A stretch of 62,507 nt of DNA, the filler included, from Scyliorhinus canicula (lineage: Eukaryota), in NCBI RefSeq assembly GCF_902713615.1. It is 6 parts of 6 records of this genome, joined end to end, with 100 filler letters (N's around TTAATTAATTAA, not from the genome) between each part and the next. Parts side by side here need not be neighbours in the genome. Positions count along the whole stretch, not along the records: positions 59,476 to 62,507 come from NW_024056013.1; 5 more parts are not named here. One strand, 5' to 3'. The translations under genes were made by a program, and so were the position numbers. This document shows positions 59,476 to 62,507 of the stretch, in pieces; within the stretch, counting starts at the first letter, position 1; every line of letters starts with the position of its first letter. Under the pieces are notes generated by a model, which did not search any database, was not told the DNA's origin, and worked only from the letters and a program-made list of their open reading frames with translations.

Positions 59476-60100
59476 AGAGAGAGGGGAAGGGCATTAGTTA
59501 AGCACTGTATCCCCACTTCCCCAACAGAGAGAGGGGAGGGGCATTAGTCCACTGTACCCCCACTTCCCCAACAAGAGGGGGAGGGGCATTAGTTAATCCA
59601 CTGTACCCCCACTTCCCCAATAGAGGGAGGGGAGGGTCTTTAGTTAATTCACTGTACCCCCACTTCCCCAACAGAGAAGAGGGAGGGGCTTTAGTTAATC
59701 TACTGTACCCCCACTTCACCACAAGAGAGGGGGAGGGACATTAGTTAATCCACTGTACCCCACTTCACCAACAGAGAGAGTGGGAGGGGCTTTAGTTAAT
59801 CCACTGTACCCCCACTTCACCAACAAAGAGAGGGCATTAGTTAATCCATTGTCTCCCCACGTCCCCAACAAAGAGAGGGGTTGGGGCATTACTTAACACA
59901 CTGTACCCCCCACTTCCCCAGCAAAGCGAGGGAGGAGCATTAGTTAACACACTGTGCCCCCACTTCCCCAACAAGAGACAGTGGGGGCTGAGTTAATCCA
60001 CTGGACACCCGCTTCCAACAATGATGGAAGGACATTATTAATCCACTGCCTCCCCACTTCCCCAACAAGAGAGCAAAGGGCAATACTAACCCGTTTTACC
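59476..60100 (+). repeat. ~50-55-bp tandem repeat (third copy of the post-secretory-exon region)
   Basis: Same unit as 32770-33200. 59476-62507 is colinear with 32770-37663 minus the L1 insertion. Confidence 0.9.
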
Positions 60101-62466
60101 TCCACTTTCCCAACCACAAGAGGGGAAGGTGATGAGTGAACTCTCTTTCTCTGCACCTCCCAGGGACAACCCAAAGGCAATTTGCTGAGCTGACCAAGAG
60201 AGATTATTACTCAATATCTTCCCATCCCCAAGCAGGGAGTTTTGGAAGTAAACGGTTGTCTGGACTAAGAACTCAGTTATGACATTACAAGACGCCATGT
60301 AGTTTACAGGCTGATACATAATAAAGATGTTCTTAAAATACTATTTATGCACATAATTATTTTAGCACCCGTTCCTCTTATCCGTATGCTGAGACCGATT
60401 CCCCATAATCCAAATCCAGACTGGTGATTGAATTCTCGCTGGGTTTTCACTGTTCTCTCCTGAGGCACCTCCTTGTATTTTTGCATTAGGTCACCTGATG
60501 TCAGCTTGCAACTCACGGAAAACACATTTATATGCAGAAAGTTCAACATATTCTACATCGGTATCATACCCACAACTGGCAAAGCTACAGACAGCTGATA
60601 CAATACACAGACAGATAAACAGACACAGACACTACACACACATGCACACAGACCCAAACACACACACACCTCACACGGAGACACAAACACACAGAGAAAC
60701 ACACATAGAAACACATGCACAAAATACACCCAGGCACAACGGACCACACATTTGACACAAAAACCACGCAAATGTGCACAAAAATTCACAAGCATGCACA
60801 TAAACCAAAAAGCACATGTTTAGAATCACACAGACTCACGTGCGCATCCACACATACAAACACAATTCCACACACACAGTGGGTACACGCATGTATACAG
60901 ACATATACAACCACATGTCCACACAGATACACAGACATATACAACCAGACAAGCAGGCTGACAGAAGAATATGAAACAGAAATGTAACCAATAACATGTA
61001 AATTAGCAGAATTCACGATGACAGAAATATTTCCATTCAAACAGAGACAATAATCCACACTAACGGACACATGTAGATACATAGCTGACTCGTACACACG
61101 CTAACACGAACACATATGAATATACATAGAGTCATCAATACCATCAATAGATAGTTATAATCAAATCAACGCATAAATAGCACTGCTGCCTCACAGTACC
61201 ATAAACCCGGGTTCAATTCCAGCCTTGGGTGATTGTCTGTGTGGAGTTCCCACGTTCTGCCGGGTCTGTTTCTGTTTCCTCCGCGTGCTCTAGTTTCCTC
61301 CCCAGTCCAAAGATGTGCAGGTTTGGTGGATTGGCCAGGCTATATTACCCCTTAGTGCCCACAACGTTAGGTGGGGTTAGGAGGTTCTGGGCATAGGGCA
61401 GGGGCATGCGTCCAGGCAGAGTGCTCTTTCGGAGGGTCGGTGCAGCACAATGGGCCGAATGGCCTCGTTCGGCGCAATAGGATTATATATTTTTTAAAAT
61501 TTAGATTACCCAATTATCTTTTTCCAATTAAGGGGCAATTTAGCATGGCCAATCCACCTACTCTGCACATTTTGGGTTGTGGGGGCGAAACCCACGCAGA
61601 CACGGGGAGAATGTGCAAACTCCACATGGACAGTGACCCAGAGCCGGGATCGAACCTGGACCTCAGCGCCGTGAGGCGGTTGTGCTAACCACGAGGCCAC
61701 CGTGCTGCCCATAGGGATTATATTTAATGATGATTCTATGATGAATACACGCATCAACAAACTCACACACACACAAACGCACTTATCCACACAAACATTA
61801 AGGCACTGACATGCATTTGAACGTATAAAGACACATTAACACTTTTATTACTGGGCAGGGTATAAACTTATATTAACACAGGCATTAATATATAAATAGA
61901 CTTCAACACACCAACACACACCAATAAAACACTCATAAATACACATTAACAGAAGATAACAAAGTTCACACAGGCGCTGACACACAAATACACAGATCAA
62001 TACTCATTGACACATGAACACCAATGACACTTATAAAGACATCGGGACACCAAAAGAAGAGTAAAGAATACGAATTTCGCATCCACAGACACAAAAGCTA
62101 AAGAACAAACACAAACGTCAGGCAAGGGCAGCACGGTGGCATAGTGGTTAGCACTGCTGCCTCACGCCACCATGGACCTGGTGTTGATCCCTCCTGGGTC
62201 TCTGTCCCAGTGGACTTTCCCATGACCCGTGGGTCTCACGCCGACAACCCAAGATGTGCAGGGTCGGTGATTGCCAGTGTTAAATTGCCCCTTAATTGGA
62301 AGAAAAAAGTTACAGCGATCGATTTCCGAGTGTCATGAACTCACAGTAGATATGCAATGACAAATATATTAAAGAATGAATTAGCAGCGGAGAAATGAAA
62401 CGAGAATATTAAAAACATATCCTGGATTAATAAACAAACTAATTATATTTGGCTCGATCCTCGTAG

Positions 62467-62507
62467 ATACCACAGACCACACCTGGACTGAAGAAAATGA
62501 GGATGAT
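62467..62507 (+). CDS. IGHM: Start of another IgM TM1 exon (cut by the window end)
   Basis: TAG acceptor, then (D)TTDHTWTEENEDD, homologous to 37623-37663. Confidence 0.9.
   Translation, partial: MPQTTPGLKKMRM

Overview
Eukaryotic genomic DNA from a cartilaginous fish. A shark is inferred from the IgM constant domains and the SINE/CR1 content. The window is not contiguous. Five 100-nt N blocks carry the artificial six-frame-stop spacer TTAATTAATTAA, so it consists of six concatenated contigs whose order and orientation are unverified; there is also one plain N gap near 732-831. Contig 1 (1-16309) has two intact TCR alpha/delta-type V segments on the minus strand (leader, V exon, 23/24-RSS) with nearby CTCF-like motifs. 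It also has a young, internally deleted class I endogenous retrovirus (5407-12267; 780-bp LTRs, GGAG TSD, tRNA-Ile PBS) and a small tRNA cluster. The other contigs hold shark IgM heavy-chain constant-region sequence: one complete CH1-CH4/secretory tail-TM1-TM2 set on + (28657-37899), a second CH4/secretory exon on - (18696-19087) and the start of another TM1 exon at the window end. They also contain C2H2 zinc-finger remnants and many CR1, L1, Rex1, SINE and solo-LTR relics. No VH, D or J segment was found. The most unusual signals are: (1) a ~1.33-kb array of a 29-bp unit with two AGCT (AID hotspot) motifs per unit ~0.5 kb upstream of CH1, preceded by a cluster of NF-kB/RUNX/AP-1 motifs and apparently amplified from a SINE head, resembling a switch region in a lineage thought to lack them; (2) an 87-bp-arm Penelope-type palindrome carrying a minimal hammerhead ribozyme in the predicted 3' UTR of membrane IgM; (3) two tRNA-Pro copies with 18-nt canonical-position introns; (4) a truncated Env with an extra furin-bounded, six-cysteine N-terminal module.
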